64,000 bases of DNA from an uncultured Planctomycetaceae bacterium. GTDB lineage: Bacteria; Planctomycetota; Planctomycetia; Planctomycetales; Planctomycetaceae. The notes under the pieces were generated by a model. The model worked only from the letters and a program-made list of their open reading frames with translations, ran no database searches and was not told where the DNA came from. Made by a program: the position numbers and the translations under genes. This document shows positions 9,395 to 21,924 of this stretch, one piece after another. The DNA is taken from positions 1,280,001 to 1,344,000 of the forward strand of contig CAWFAK010000005.1 of assembly GCA_963813715.1 (NCBI GenBank), in the 5' to 3' direction. Within the stretch, counting starts at the first letter, position 1, and every line of letters begins with the position of its first letter.

Positions 9395-10836
9395 TCATCG
9401 AACCGCGAGCTCTTTAGCGACTTCTTTTGCCGCGAGCAAACCGGATCGAATCGCGCCGTCCATGTAGCCCGTCCATTTTTCGGACGTTTCGGTGCCCGCC
9501 CAATGGATTCGCCCGATCCTCGGCCGTAGTGCGGCACCGTATTTCGTCAGCACTCCCGGCTCGAGCGGCGAGACGCAGCCCGCCGTGTATCTTTCCGCAC
9601 TCCAGTCCATTTCGTAAAACGCGACTGGGGTGGCGGCCGCTTTGCCGAATAATCCGACCAGACCATTTACGATCTGTTGCTTGCGCCGACGAGCCTTTGG
9701 CCAGCTCGTGGGATTCGGCGAAGAGCATGATGACCCCCGGCGTGCCTTCCGGCGGCGTGTTGTCGATCGTGAAAGGAACGGGCCCGGCATCGCTCAACGA
9801 CATCCCGCTGAGACCTCGATCGCGCCAAAACGGCCTGTCGTAAACCACGTTAATTTTGACACCACCCTCCTTCTGGACCCATCGCGCTTGCAGTTGTCGG
9901 CGGGCTTCGGGAAGCTCGGGCTCGAATCGGATGCGGGTACAGCTTCCCGGCATAAGCGCCATCACGACTTGGCCCGCCTCGACCGATCCTTTCGTGGTTT
10001 CGACGACAACGCTTTTGTCGTTCTGACGAATGCGTTGGACGGGCTCGCCGAGCCGCACGTGGTCGGCGAGTTCTTTCGCCATCTTCAGCGAGAGGATCTG
10101 CGAGCCGCCTTTGATTCTCGAGTCCTGCGCCCCGCCTCCCATGCTTTCCAGGTCGTGCAAACTGCCGGCTGAATGAACGTAATAGAGGAAATATAAGAAT
10201 GAGAGACGCTGCGGAGTCGTTCCCAAGGTCAGTGCCGCCGCGCCGCTGAGGGTCGAGCGATCCGCCGCATTGACCGCCTCGTCGCGCATCCAATCCTCGA
10301 GCGTCATCGCGTCCCATTCCGCGGCCTTTTTGGCCTGCCACGGAGCGTTGAGCGGCACCTGGGCCGCCAGCGCGTCGATCTTCTTCTGGAGTTTGGTCGT
10401 CGCCTCGCCGGCTGCCGCGTAGGGCACCTCGATTCGAATCCCGCCCGCTTTGTAGACCAGGCTCCCCTTCAAGTAGGTCTTGAAGGTCTCGACGCCGAGT
10501 TCCTTGCACAGACTCAGAATCGCAGTTTGAGTCGGACCAACCCACTGCCCGCCTCCCTCCACAACTCGGCCCTTGCCGATGTCATGGTTCACGGTACGGC
10601 CGCCCACTCGATCGCGGGCGTCGAAAACGACGATCCGGTTGATTCCCGACTTCGTCAGCGCCCGCGCTGCAGTCAATCCCGCGAGCCCCGCGCCGACGAT
10701 CGCGACGTCGAAGAACTCGCCTGCTCCGGGCCGTTGTGATCGCGACGGTCACGGAGCGATTCAGCGAAAGATGCACACCCGCTGCCGCTGCCGTTCCCAG
10801 GAGCTTTCGCCGCGAAATCCTCTTCGAAGGGTGCAT
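9395..10836 (-). CDS. Tat-exported flavin monoamine oxidase family protein (frameshifts ~10735, ~9700)
   Basis: SRRKLL Tat signal, DVAIVGAGLAG, ARDRVGGR, GGQWVGP, IHWAGTET..GYMDGAIRSG. Confidence 0.88.
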
Positions 10837-11079
10837 GGTGCCCACGGTCCTCGTTTTGTGCCTTCCCGCGATTGACCGATTGAGACGGCGCGCTGGCTTC
10901 GGGAAGAATGCTAATCCAGGGTCGGAACACCGGCAACGATTGTCCCACCCTCTGGGCATTAAATCGCAAAGAGCGGATTCGACGACCCGACCTTGAAGAG
11001 AGGAGCGGGGCCTTGTACTGGGCGCTGCAAAGCAGGGGCAGGCGGCTCAGTGACGCGAAGCATCACTCCAGCCGAGCGC

Positions 11080-12397
11080 CTACATCCACTCTTTGATGAG
11101 CTGCCCTTCCACCAGGCGGATCGGGCGGCCGTCCGGCGATTTCACCGTCAGGTCGGCGGGCAGGCCGAGCTTGGCGTAGATCGTGGCGGCGATGTCGTCG
11201 GTGAAGTACTCATCGCGGAGGACCTTGCCTCCTTCGTCGTCCGTCGCACCGAGAATGGCGCCGCCGGGTACGCCCGCACCGGCCATCACGGCGAAGCCGG
11301 CGGAGGCCCAGTGGTCGCGGCCGCTGGCCGAGTTGATCTGGGGCGTGCGGCCGAAGTCGGTCAGCCAGACGACGAGCGTCGTGTCGAGCAGGCCGCGCTC
11401 CGCCAGATCGGTGATGAGTTGGGGCAGCCCCTTGTCGATCGGCGGCACGAGCCGTTTGAGTGCGGTGAAATTGTTCTGGTGCGTGTCCCAGCCGGTGTCG
11501 GTGACGGTGACGAAACGGACGCCCGCTTCAATTAGCCGGCGGGCGAGCAGACAGCTCTGGCCGAACCGCGTGCGGCCGTAGCGATCGCGAAGCTTCGGAT
11601 CTTCGGCCTGAATCTCGAAGGCCCGCTTGGTCTCGGGAGCCGTGATCATGTTGAGGGCCGTCTTGTAATGCTCGTCGAGCGCGTGATAGGCGGCCGGCTG
11701 GAGTTCCGAGTGGCGTTCGAGCGTGTCGATGGCGCCCAGCATGCGTCGCCGTCGACTCAAACGCTGCGCCGAGATGCCGGAGGGAGGCGTGATGTCGCGA
11801 ACGTTCAGCTCTTTCGCGTTGGGATCGGCCAGCATCTCGAACGGGTTGTGTTGCAGCCCGAGGATGCCTGCGCTGCCCCCGTTAAACCGGTGGTCCATGT
11901 AATCGCCGAGTTGCACGAAGGGCGGCAACGGCGCTGCGGAAGCCTTTTTCGTGGCTGATCACCGAGCCGAAGCATGGATACGTGACCGCCTGGTTGAATT
12001 GCCGGCCCGACATCATCCAGGCTTCGGCCATGCCGTGCGACCCGTTCTTCGGGTTCCAGCCTCGCAGCACGGCGAACCGCTTCAGCCCGGCGGCCATGTT
12101 CGGACAGATTTCGGAGAACTGCACCCCGGGAACTGCCGTGCTGATTGCCCCGAACTCGCCGCGCACGCTCGCCGCTGCGTTAGGCTTGGGGTCGAGCGTA
12201 TCGTGATGGCTGGTGCCGCCGTGCGTCCAAACGAGGATGCAGTTGAAGTCGCGCCCGGTCGTAGCGGCCTGCAGCGACTTAGCCTTCAAGAACGTCGGTA
12301 GCGAGACACCCAACCCCGCGAGCGCTCCGACGCGCAAAAAACTTCGTCGGGACATCCCTTCACACGTCCGCGCGGAACCGCAGAGTAGATCGAGCAT
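11080..12397 (-). CDS. DUF1501 domain-containing protein (frameshift ~11930)
   Basis: MSRRSFLRVG, GGTSHHDTLDPKP, GWDTH, DFGRTP, GRDHW motifs. Confidence 0.92.
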
Positions 12398-12766
12398 GGC
12401 CGTCTCCGAGATGGGCAGGCAGGTAGGCGGGGGTCGAGGCAGGCAAGGCGGTAGGACGGATCGGCCGGTTGTCGATTGATCGGGCGGGGCCGATCATCAG
12501 GAAAGCCGACCGGAAAATCCGGCAAAAATCATTCTATCATGACCAATCAACGAATCAACGCACGCCGATCCGAAGTGGCCGGGGAGGAGGAATAGCAGGG
12601 CGCAAATCCAAATGCGGCTAAGCTGGAATCGTCCAATCCAACCGGTCATAATCAAGTGTGTTGATCCCACCGATATAAGTGGTATCCCGCCTCCCGCCCG
12701 TTTCGGAACCCCCTGTTCCGCCCGCCCCGACCCTCCGCCTGCCCGCCCGATCGGAGTACACATCCG

Positions 12767-15383
12767 ATGAATCCGGCGAATCTGCTACGACCGTCTTGCT
12801 CTCAGCATTCGGCTCGCTGTCGCCCCTTCCCGCTGCTGTTCGTCTCTACGAACCTCGTCGCGTCGGTTTTCCTGGCCACCGGTGTCGCGTCGGCCTCCCA
12901 ACCCGAGTCCGCGACCAAGTCGGCCAAGTCGGTGCAGAAGCAGAGCGGCATCGCGCCGACGTCGGCCATCGTGCACGGGCTGGCGGTCGAGCCGAAGCAG
13001 ATCGAGCTGGTCGGCAACTTCGCCCGAGCCCAGTTCGTCGTGTCGGCGGCGGGACCGTCAGGAACTGTCAGCCGAGCGATCGCCCGATCTCACGTCGGAC
13101 GCCTCGTTCGTGTCGAGCGACAGCAAAGTTGTCCGCGTCGACCCGCAGGGTGCCCTCTTTGCCGTCGGAAACGGCACGGCTGAAATCGTCGTTGCCTTGA
13201 AGGCGGCCCGCACGGCGCCGGCTTTTCACGTGTTGGTCACGGTGAAAGACGTGTCCGAGCGACCGACCGTCCACTACACGCGCGACATCGTGCCGATCAT
13301 CAGCAAGGCCGGTTGCAATATGGGGGCCTGCCACGCGTCGCAGTATGGCAAGGCGGGATTCAAGCTCTCGGTCTTCGGCTATGACCCGAGTCAGGACTAC
13401 CAGGCCATCGTCCGCGACCGCTCGCAGCGGCGGGTCAACTTCCTCGAGCCCGAACAGAGCCTGCTGCTGAAGAAGCCGACGCTGCAGGTTCCGCACGGCG
13501 GCGGCCGACGAATGAAGCTCGGCTCGACCGAGTTCGAGACGTTCGCCGCCTGGATCGCCTCGGGAGCCCCGGGACCCAGCGCCTCCGATGCGCAAGTGAC
13601 CCGGATCGTAGTAACGCCCGCCCGCAGGATCTCGACACCCAAGGCACGGCAACAACTGCGAGTCGACGCGTTCTACAGCGACGGCACGCACCGCGACATC
13701 ACCGCGCTCGCCAAGTTCGACTCGATGGACGAGGGCGTGCTGAGCGTCAGCCGCGACGGACTCGTCACGATCAACGGCAAGGGCCAAGCCCCGGCGCTCG
13801 TCCGCTACGAAGGCCAGGCGGCCACCTGCCTGTTCCTCGTCCCCTACGCGCCGCACGTCGAACTGGCGGGCTGGAAAAATCAGAACTTTGTCGACGAACT
13901 GGCCTCGGCCAAGTTTCGCGAGCTAGGAATCGAGCCGTGCGGACTCTGCAGCGACGCGGCCTTCCTGCGACGGGCCTATTTCGACGCCACCGGCACGCTG
14001 CCCACGCTCGACCAGGCGCGGGCCTTCCTCTCGTCGAAGGACCCGCAGCGACGAACCCGCCTGATCGACAGCCTGCTCGGGCTCACCGGCGACCCGCAGC
14101 TCGACGTGCACAACGATGCTTACGCCGCCTGGTGGACGCTCAAGTGGTCCGACCTGATTCGCAATCAAAGCAATGATCTCGGTGAACAGGGAATGTGGGC
14201 CTTCCACAACTGGCTCAGCGAATCGTTCCGCTCGAACAAGCCGTTCGACCACTTCGTCAAAGAACTGGTGACGGCCAAGGGGTCGATCTACAGCGTCGGG
14301 CCGGCCAACTTCTTCCGCGTGAACGCCAACCCGCAGGATTGTGCCGAGTCGACCGCTCAGCTCTTTCTCGGCGTCCGACTGGGCTGTGCGAAGTGTCACC
14401 ATCATCCGTTCGAAAAGTACGGACAGGACGACTACTACTCGTTCGCCTCGTACTTCGCCCGGGTTGGCAGCAAGCCGAGCCAGGAATTCGGACTGTTCGG
14501 CCGCGAGTCGGTCGTGATGGTCCGCGCGAACGGCGAAGTCAGCAATCCGCGCACCGGCCGCGTGCTCAAGCCGAAGCCGCTCGACGGCCCGGCCGTGGAT
14601 GATCCCCTCGATCGGCGTGCCGCGCTGGCTCGCTGGCTGACGTCTCCCAAGAACGACTACTTCGCGAAGTCGGTCGTGAATCGCTACGTGTCCTACCTGC
14701 TCGGCCGAGGACTCGTCGACCCCGTGGACGATCTGCGGGCCACCAATCCGCCGAGCAACCCGGAACTGATGGACGCGCTGGCCAAGCACTTCGTCGACAG
14801 CGGCTTCGACCTCAAACAACTGTTGCGGGTACTGATGACGTCGCGACTCTATCAGCTCGATTCGCAGCCGACGCCGGCCAACCAGGCCGACCGCCGGTTT
14901 TACAGCCACTTCACGGTCAAGCGTCTGGCGGCCGAGGCCCTGTTGGATGCGGTCGATGAAGCAACCGGCACGCCGACCAAGTTCACCAGCCTGCCGCTGG
15001 GAACGCGGGCCATCGAGCTGCCCGACGCCGAGTATCAGGATTACTTCCTCAAGACCTTCGGCAAGCCGGTCCGGGCGAGCGTCTGCGAGTGCGAGCGAGC
15101 GCCGGATGAAAGCCTGTCGCAGGCCCTGCACACGCTGAACGGCGACATCGTCACGGGCAAGATCGGCGCAGCGGCCGGGCGGATTGGCCGGTTGCTGACC
15201 GCCAAAACCGGCCCGGAGAAAACGATCGACGCGATTTACCTCGCCACGCTCTCACGTTACCCGACGGCGGACGAACGGCAGAACGTGGCCCGCTTCCTCA
15301 AAGAGAGCAAGACGCCCCGCGAATGCTACGAGGACCTGCAATGGGCCCTTATCAACTCCAAAGAGTTCTTGTTCGTGCATTAG
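12767..15383 (+). CDS. DUF1549/DUF1553 domain protein with Ig-like domains (frameshift ~13072)
   Basis: GCNMGACH, FLRRAYFD, CAKCHHHPF, GRGLVDPVDD, CECER, WALINSKEFLF. Confidence 0.9.
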
Positions 15384-15422
15384 GCCGCTGACCCATCGGA
15401 GCATCGACTCGAAAGGCCGCGA

Positions 15423-17741
15423 ATGATTCGACGCATTGTCTTCGGGGCGCTGGCCGCGCTCTGTGCCGCCACGGCAGCCCGGGCTGGCAACTCCTATCCC
15501 ATGGTGATGAGCCTGCAGCCGGTCGCCATTCAGGCGGGCACGTCCGCCGAAATGACCGTGCGCTCCCGCTATTCGATGGAGGGCGCCTACCGCGTGCTGA
15601 TCAGCGGCAACGGCGTGACGGGTCAGGTCGAGCCGACACCCACCTCGGTGCCGGCCACGCGCGACCGCAAAGGCCACGTCCCCCGCCAAGAGCGCGATCG
15701 CCGCGAAAACTGCCGCGATGACGAAAAAGCCGAGCAGCACCGACAAGAGCGTCGCTTCCACCAGCAAGCCGCCGACGTCGACGGCCGGAAATAAAACGGC
15801 GAAGAAATCGAACGCCTCGGGCAAAGCTGCCATCGTCCAAAAAGCGTCGACCAGCAAGAAGGCTGGAGCGGCGCGCGCCCGGCGTCGACCGGCGGCGGAC
15901 ACGCTGACCGTTCGCTTTCATGCCGACGCCGACGCGCTGCCGGGCGTGCGCGACTTTCGCATCGCAACGCCTCACGGAGCGAGCACCGTCGGGCAAATCG
16001 TCGTCGACGGCGGATCCGGTCATTGCCGAGACCGACGGCGACAACAACTCGCCGGAGACAGGCGCAGCCCATTCGGCTGCCGGCGGCCGTTTGCGGCACG
16101 ATCGACCGGATCGAGGACCGCGACTACTACAAGTTTCACGTCGAAGCCGGCCAGTCGCTCGTCTTCCGCGTCCGCGGCATGCTGCTCGAAGACCGCATCC
16201 ACGATCTGCAGAACCATCTCGACCCGATCCTCACGCTCCGCGCACCCAACGGCTCGACGCTCGCCGTCGCGGACAACGACATCGCCGGCGACCCGCTGCT
16301 GTGTCAGCGGTTCGAGCGGGCGGGCGACTACACGCTCGAGATCCGCGACGTGCGGTACAAAGGGGACCCGAATTGGGTCTACTGCGTCGAGATCAACGAT
16401 CGGCCTTTCGTCCGCGCGCTCTTTCCGCTGGCGGTGGCCGCGGGAAAAACGGCCGCGTTCCGCCCGATCGGCTATCAGCTCCCCTCAGCAGGCCCGTTCG
16501 CGTGGTCCGTCCCCGCGAATTGGAGCCCGGGCCCGCACGACGTGCAGTTACCGATCGGCCACGCGTTGGCGAACCCGGCCGAGGTTGTCGTCGCCGATGT
16601 GCCGCTCGTAGACGAAGCGCCCGCTCGCCACGATACGGCCCAGACCGCGCAGCGAGTCGACACGCCGGTAGGAATCAACGGCCGGCTGTTGAAAGAAGGC
16701 GAGAGCGACGTCTTTGCCTTCCGCGCCAAACGAGGGCAGGCCCTGACCTTCGAGGTCGTTTCCCGCCGCGCTGGGTCGCCGCTCGACTCGGCCCTCCGCA
16801 TCGTCGACAGCCGCGGTCGCACCCTCATGGAAGGGGACGATTCTCCCGAAGAGGGCCGGCTGTCGGCCGACGCGCTGATCGAAGGCTGGAGCCCGCCCGC
16901 TGACGGCGTCTACTCCGTCGAAATCCGCGACCTGTTGCAGCGGGGCGGAGCAGAGTTCGTCTACTTCCTCAAAATCACCCCGGCCGAGCCTCGGTTCGAA
17001 TTAAGACTCGACACGGACAAGACCGAGCTGTCGCCAGGCACGAGCAGCGTGATCTTTGTCAGCACCATCCGCCGCAACGGTTTCGACGGCGACATCGCGC
17101 TCTCGGTCGATGGCTTGCCGCCGGAAGTCACCACCGTCTGTGGCCGCATCCCCGCCGGTCAGCGCGACGGCTGCGTGATTCTCACCGCATCTCCCAAGGC
17201 CAAGCCGGCGATCAACAACATTCAGGTCCATGGCAGGGGCACACAGAAACGGAGCGACGGCACGAAAGCCGCACTCACAGCGGTCGGGTTGCCGATGCAG
17301 GAGATTTATCTTCCGGGCGGCGGACGCGGGCACATGCCCGTCGAGTCGCACGCGGTCGCCGTGGGAGCGCCGGGCGACATCCGCTCGGTGCGGCTCAGCA
17401 CCGATTCGCTCACGCTTAAACCCGGCTCGATGGCGCGCGTGGACGTCACCATCGAACGGGCGCCGGGATTTACAGACAACGTGACGCTCGATCCGAAGTT
17501 CGACCACCTGAGCCAGATCTTCGGCGACACGCTGCCCGCGGGAGTCGACATCGACGCCAAGGCCAGCAAGACGTTGCTGGCGGGCACCGAGACGCGCGGC
17601 TACCTCACGTTTCGCGCGTTGCCGACGAGCAAGCCGGCGGAGCGTCGCCCCGTCTCCGTGATGGCCAATGTCTCGATCAACTTCGTGATGAAGACGACGT
17701 ACAGCAGCCAGCCGCTCTTCGTCACTGTGCTTTCCAAGTAG
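15423..17741 (+). CDS. Secreted PPC (pre-peptidase C-terminal) domain protein (frameshifts ~15660, ~16018-16060)
   Basis: Signal peptide; DRDYYKF, LDPILTL, GDYTLEIRD, ESDVFAF repeats; typical DUF1549 partner. Confidence 0.82.
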
Positions 17742-17777
17742 CGGTGGGCGGGCCGGCGTCCGTCAGGCTTGCCGAAC

Positions 17778-18952
17778 CTATTTATGCGATTGGCGCGGCG
17801 ACTGGGCGCGCACGATCACGTAATTGCTCAGCCACTCGGTGGCGACCTGTGCGAACCACATCGGCAGATGTTCTTCGTACCAATCCGTGCGCTTCGTTAC
17901 GAACAGCGCCGTGCCCGACGGTTTGAGCGCCGGGCCGCGCAGGCGGCAAAGAGTTCCGCGATCCGAAAATTCGAGTAGTAAGGCGGATTGGCCAGCGACG
18001 AGGTCGAACTCCGCGGCTGGGATCTCGCCCCCCGTCTGCGATTCGGCCGTGCTCAGCCGCACGTCGAGATTGGAGATCGCGTTGAGTTGCGCGCCCCGCT
18101 CGGTGCACTCGACGGCCCGCGGATTCGAATCGACGGCGAGCACGCGCACGCCGGGAGCGCGGAGGGCCGCCGCCAGCGAGACGACGCCCGATCCGCAGCC
18201 GAGTTCCAGGACGTACTGCCCCGCCTCGATCGTGGCTGCCCGCAGCAAGGCCCGCGCACCGCCGTCGACCTGCCGATGACTGAAGACGCCCGGGCGGCTG
18301 ATGGCATGGATCAGCCGGCCTTCATCGCGGAACGCCAACGCACACTCGAAGTTCTTCACTTTCTTCAGTGGCTCGGTCTTCGTCGCCTTAAAGAGCGTTC
18401 CCTGTTCGCTGGCCCGCCGCGTGACTTTCGCGAACAGCTTGCGCATTTCGGCGTGCAGCCAGGTGTCGGTGGAATTGTCCGTTGCCGCCAGCATCGTGCC
18501 GCCGTCGCGGAGCCGCTCGTGCCCCGCCTGCAGCCGGTCCCGCACTAATTCGGCTTCGCCGGAGGTCGAGGTGGGAATGGCGACCGCGTCGAAGGGGCCC
18601 TCCGGGAACTCTGCGGCGCATTCCAGTCGCAAGTTGGCGGGGAATTCCGTCTGCCGCAGCCGGGTTTGCTCGAGCGCGTACTGATCGAGAAAAGAACAGC
18701 ACACCTGCTGACTCGTGAGTTCGCCTGGGCGGCGGCGATCGCGAATTGGCCCCGGCCGAGCGACGTGCAGAGAATTCGGCCCGGCGTGAGGTCGGGGAGC
18801 GCGTCGATCAGGATCTGTTCGGCCGGACGCGGCGCCAGCGGAGCGCGCTCCGCCTCTTCGTTCTCCAAATCGGAGTCGGGCAGTTGCTCTCGTTGCTGCT
18901 TCGATCGGCGTGATTCTGAGCGGCGTGATTCTGACTGGCGGCGGCGTGACAC
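17778..18952 (-). CDS. RsmC/RlmG-like class I SAM methyltransferase (several frameshifts)
   Basis: SRPGVFSH..DGG, LELGCGSG; ANPPYY motif lies in an alternate frame near 17980. Confidence 0.8.
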
Positions 18953-18953
18953 G

Positions 18954-20178
18954 TCAGGCGACCCGGCAGACGTAGCACTTGAGGTACCCGCTCTCGAGGC
19001 AATGCACCGAGATCGGATGGTCGGGCGCCTGGCCGCGCGACTCGAGAATCTGGATCGGCCGGGCGCGTCCGCTGCGACACGTCGGCGAGCATGGCCACGA
19101 AGTCGTCGCGGCCCACCAGGCCCGAGCAACTGCACGTCACCAGGAATGCCGCCCGGGCCGGAGCACCTTTACGGCCAGCTCGTTCAGGCTGTGGTAGCCG
19201 CGGAGGGCCTTCGCCAGGCCGGCTCGATGGCGGGTGAGCTTGGGCGGGTCGAGGATCACGGTGTCGAAGGTTTCGCCGGCCGCTGCCAGGCGTTCGAGCG
19301 CCGCGAAGGTGTCGGACTTCTCGAAGTGGATGTCGGCCGAGACTCCGTTGAGCTCGGCATTGGCCCGCGCCAGGGCGAGCGCCGGCTCGGACGAGTCGAC
19401 GGCATGGACCGCGCGGGCCCGGCCGTGCTTGAGGGCGGCAATGCCGAACGCGCCCGTGTAGCAGAACAGATCGAGCACGCGGTGGCCGGCCACATAGCGG
19501 GCGGCCGCCAGGCGGTTCTCGCGCTGGTCGAGGTAGAAGCCCGTCTTGTGTCCCTGCGTGACGTCGACCCCAAACCGCAAGCCGTTTTCGACGATGAACA
19601 GCGGCCGCGGCGGCTCGACTCCGCGGGCCAGGCCGTCGGCCAGTTCGAGCCGTTCGCTCTCGCGCATCCCCTTTTCCGTCCGCAGCCAGATGCCCTTAGG
19701 TTTGAGGCGGCTCTCCAGCAGGTCGAAGATCGTCTCCCGCCGCTGCCAGAGTCCCAGTGCCGTGAATTGCACGAGCAGCCAATCGCCGTAGCGATCGACA
19801 ACCAGGCCCGAGAGCCCGTCGGCCTCGCTAAAGACCAGTCGGCAGGCGTTCTCCGCCTCGAAGGGACCGTAGAGCGACTGCCGCAGGGCGACCGCCGCGT
19901 CGAGCCGCGCTCCCCACAGTTCGCCGTCGAGCGGCTGTCCCTCGGTCCACGAATACAGTCGGACGCGGATTTGGCTGGCCGGGTTATACAAGCCGGCCGC
20001 GATGAACTGGCCGTCGGCCGCGTAGAGGGCGACGTCGCTACCCGGCGGCGGGTTCGCCATCGATGCGGTCGATCGCGCCGGCAAAGACCCAAGGGTGGTG
20101 GCCGAAGAACGGCAGGGCGCGCCGCGGCTTGAGGCGAACCTGGGGCGCCGACTTCGGTTCAGAGGCAAGGGTAGACAC
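18954..20178 (-). CDS. rlmI: 23S rRNA m5C1962 methyltransferase RlmI family (frameshifts ~20045, ~19150, ~19065)
   Basis: [56 protein letters not shown]. Confidence 0.87.
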
Positions 20179-20214
20179 GAGAGGTGACTTTTCGCGGAAA
20201 GTGCAGGCGAACGA

Positions 20215-20688
20215 TTAATGGGCCTGGACGCGGGGCCGATACAGTTCGATTTCGGCCATGTACGCCAGCAAGCGATCCCGCTCGTTCGTCAAGTGGCGCA
20301 CGCGTAGCAGCGACTTCACGCGCGTCTTCAGTTCCAGGTTATTGACGGGCTTGGTCAAAAAGTCGTCGCAGCCAGCCCGCACCGCCTTTTCGATGTCCCC
20401 CTGCTCATTGAGGGCGGTCACCATCAAGACGGGAATATCCTTCGTGCGCGGGTTCGACTTCATCCACTGGCAGACTTCGTACCCGCTGAGTTTGGGCATC
20501 ATGATGTCCAACAGGACGAGGTCGGGCTGAAACTCCTCGACCCGCTTCATCGCCTGCTGGCCGTCGTAGGCGACCGCCAGTTCGTAGCCCTCGTCGGCCA
20601 GGTAAGCGTCGATCAGTTCGCAATTCTGGACGTTGTCGTCCGCGATCAGGATCTTCGATGATGCGGATTTGGTTTCGTCAAATGTCAT
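20215..20688 (-). CDS. Single-domain response regulator
   Basis: ILIADD, LLDIMMP, VTA, FLTKP receiver motifs. Confidence 0.92.
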   Translation of the reverse strand: MTFDETKSASSKILIADDNVQNCELIDAYLADEGYELAVAYDGQQAMKRVEEFQPDLVLLDIMMPKLSGYEVCQWMKSNPRTKDIPVLMVTALNEQGDIEKAVRAGCDDFLTKPVNNLELKTRVKSLLRVRHLTNERDRLLAYMAEIELYRPRVQAH

Positions 20689-20844
20689 GAACGGGCATCC
20701 CTGCTGGAGCGTTTCGATCGACGCACGATCGCTCGACTGAGAGGGAAACGGACTAGGCTCCTCGAACAATTCGCGCGTAGGTCGGGCATTCCTTGCCGGC
20801 CTGATCCTGCTGGCGATGATAAGTCGTCAGGCGCTGCCCGCCGA

Positions 20845-21483
20845 TTATATGTCGAGGTTCGGCCGGGTGGTACCCCGTGGCGGTGTGGCCGCGATCAACC
20901 GCCGCAGGAGCAGTTCGTTGACCCGCCCGCGGAACCGCACCTTGCCGTCGAATTCGACGACCGGCACACAAGTCGTAAACCGCTCGACGAGCACAGGATC
21001 GCCGTCGATATCGACCTCCCAGATCGGGGGCAGCCAGGCCGCGTACTTCTCGAGCGTGGCCCGCGCCTCCTCGCAAAGATGGCAGCCGGCGCGGGTATAG
21101 AGGATCAGACGCGAGAACCGCGGCCCCACGGCCCCGAGTTCCCGCAGCGCCGCGTCCCACTTAGCTCGGGCGGGATCGCGCGGACCGCCGGGGAGACTCG
21201 CCGCCTCGCCACTCGAGTCGCGCAGCAAGTACCAGCCGCTCGCCAGGGCGATCAGGCCGCCAGCGACCCACAGGCTGCGGTCGGTGTACCAGGACCGGGG
21301 CATCGCCAGGGGTAGCTCCCGGTCGACTAGCAACAGTGTCAGTAAGCCAAGGCCCAAGAACAGGAGGACCGAACCGAGCACCGTGCGACGGTGTACCGCG
21401 GGCGCATCGGCCTCCGCCGGCCCGCGCTCCTGGGGCCCCTCGGGCAAACGATCCGGCGGGGGTTCAAGGTTGTCGATCGACAT
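20845..21483 (-). CDS. Membrane-anchored glutaredoxin-like protein (DUF836 type)
   Basis: Two N-terminal hydrophobic helices, then LYTRAGCHLC, VDID, CVPVV. Confidence 0.8.
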   Translation of the reverse strand: MSIDNLEPPPDRLPEGPQERGPAEADAPAVHRRTVLGSVLLFLGLGLLTLLLVDRELPLAMPRSWYTDRSLWVAGGLIALASGWYLLRDSSGEAASLPGGPRDPARAKWDAALRELGAVGPRFSRLILYTRAGCHLCEEARATLEKYAAWLPPIWEVDIDGDPVLVERFTTCVPVVEFDGKVRFRGRVNELLLRRLIAATPPRGTTRPNLDI

Positions 21484-21924
21484 CTCGGCGTGATTCACTG
21501 CGGAAACCGTGCATCGGGCACTGCGCGGACGACGGGCTGGGCAAGCTGCGGCAACCCAACGGACGACGTCATTTTACGCGCCTCCCGGCAGTGCGAGCAG
21601 TGTCTCCTACGAACACGTGCCGCCGTCCTGCAATTTATGCTGGAAGTAAACGCTGGCGGTAAGCGCCGATCGGGGGCAGGAGGGTCGACCGGGGCGGCAC
21701 GCCTACCGCCTCATCGCGCGACGCGTAGCCTTTCCGATCGGGCAGCCGTTGTGCGGCGACGTTCGTGGCGGCTCGACAGAATCCGAGTTTCTCACCCTCG
21801 CGAGAAACTCAGCTTGCATTCCCGATGCGCCGATGGCATCGTATCGCCAACGAGCCGAACTTTCTGCGATTCGGGTTCCGAGCCGCAAGAAACCGGTCGC
21901 GGAAGTAGGCTGTGGGCCACTCGC

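Noticed and set aside
18906..18935. 15-bp tandem repeat
   Set aside because: In-frame SESRR duplication in a disordered N-terminus; ordinary slippage.
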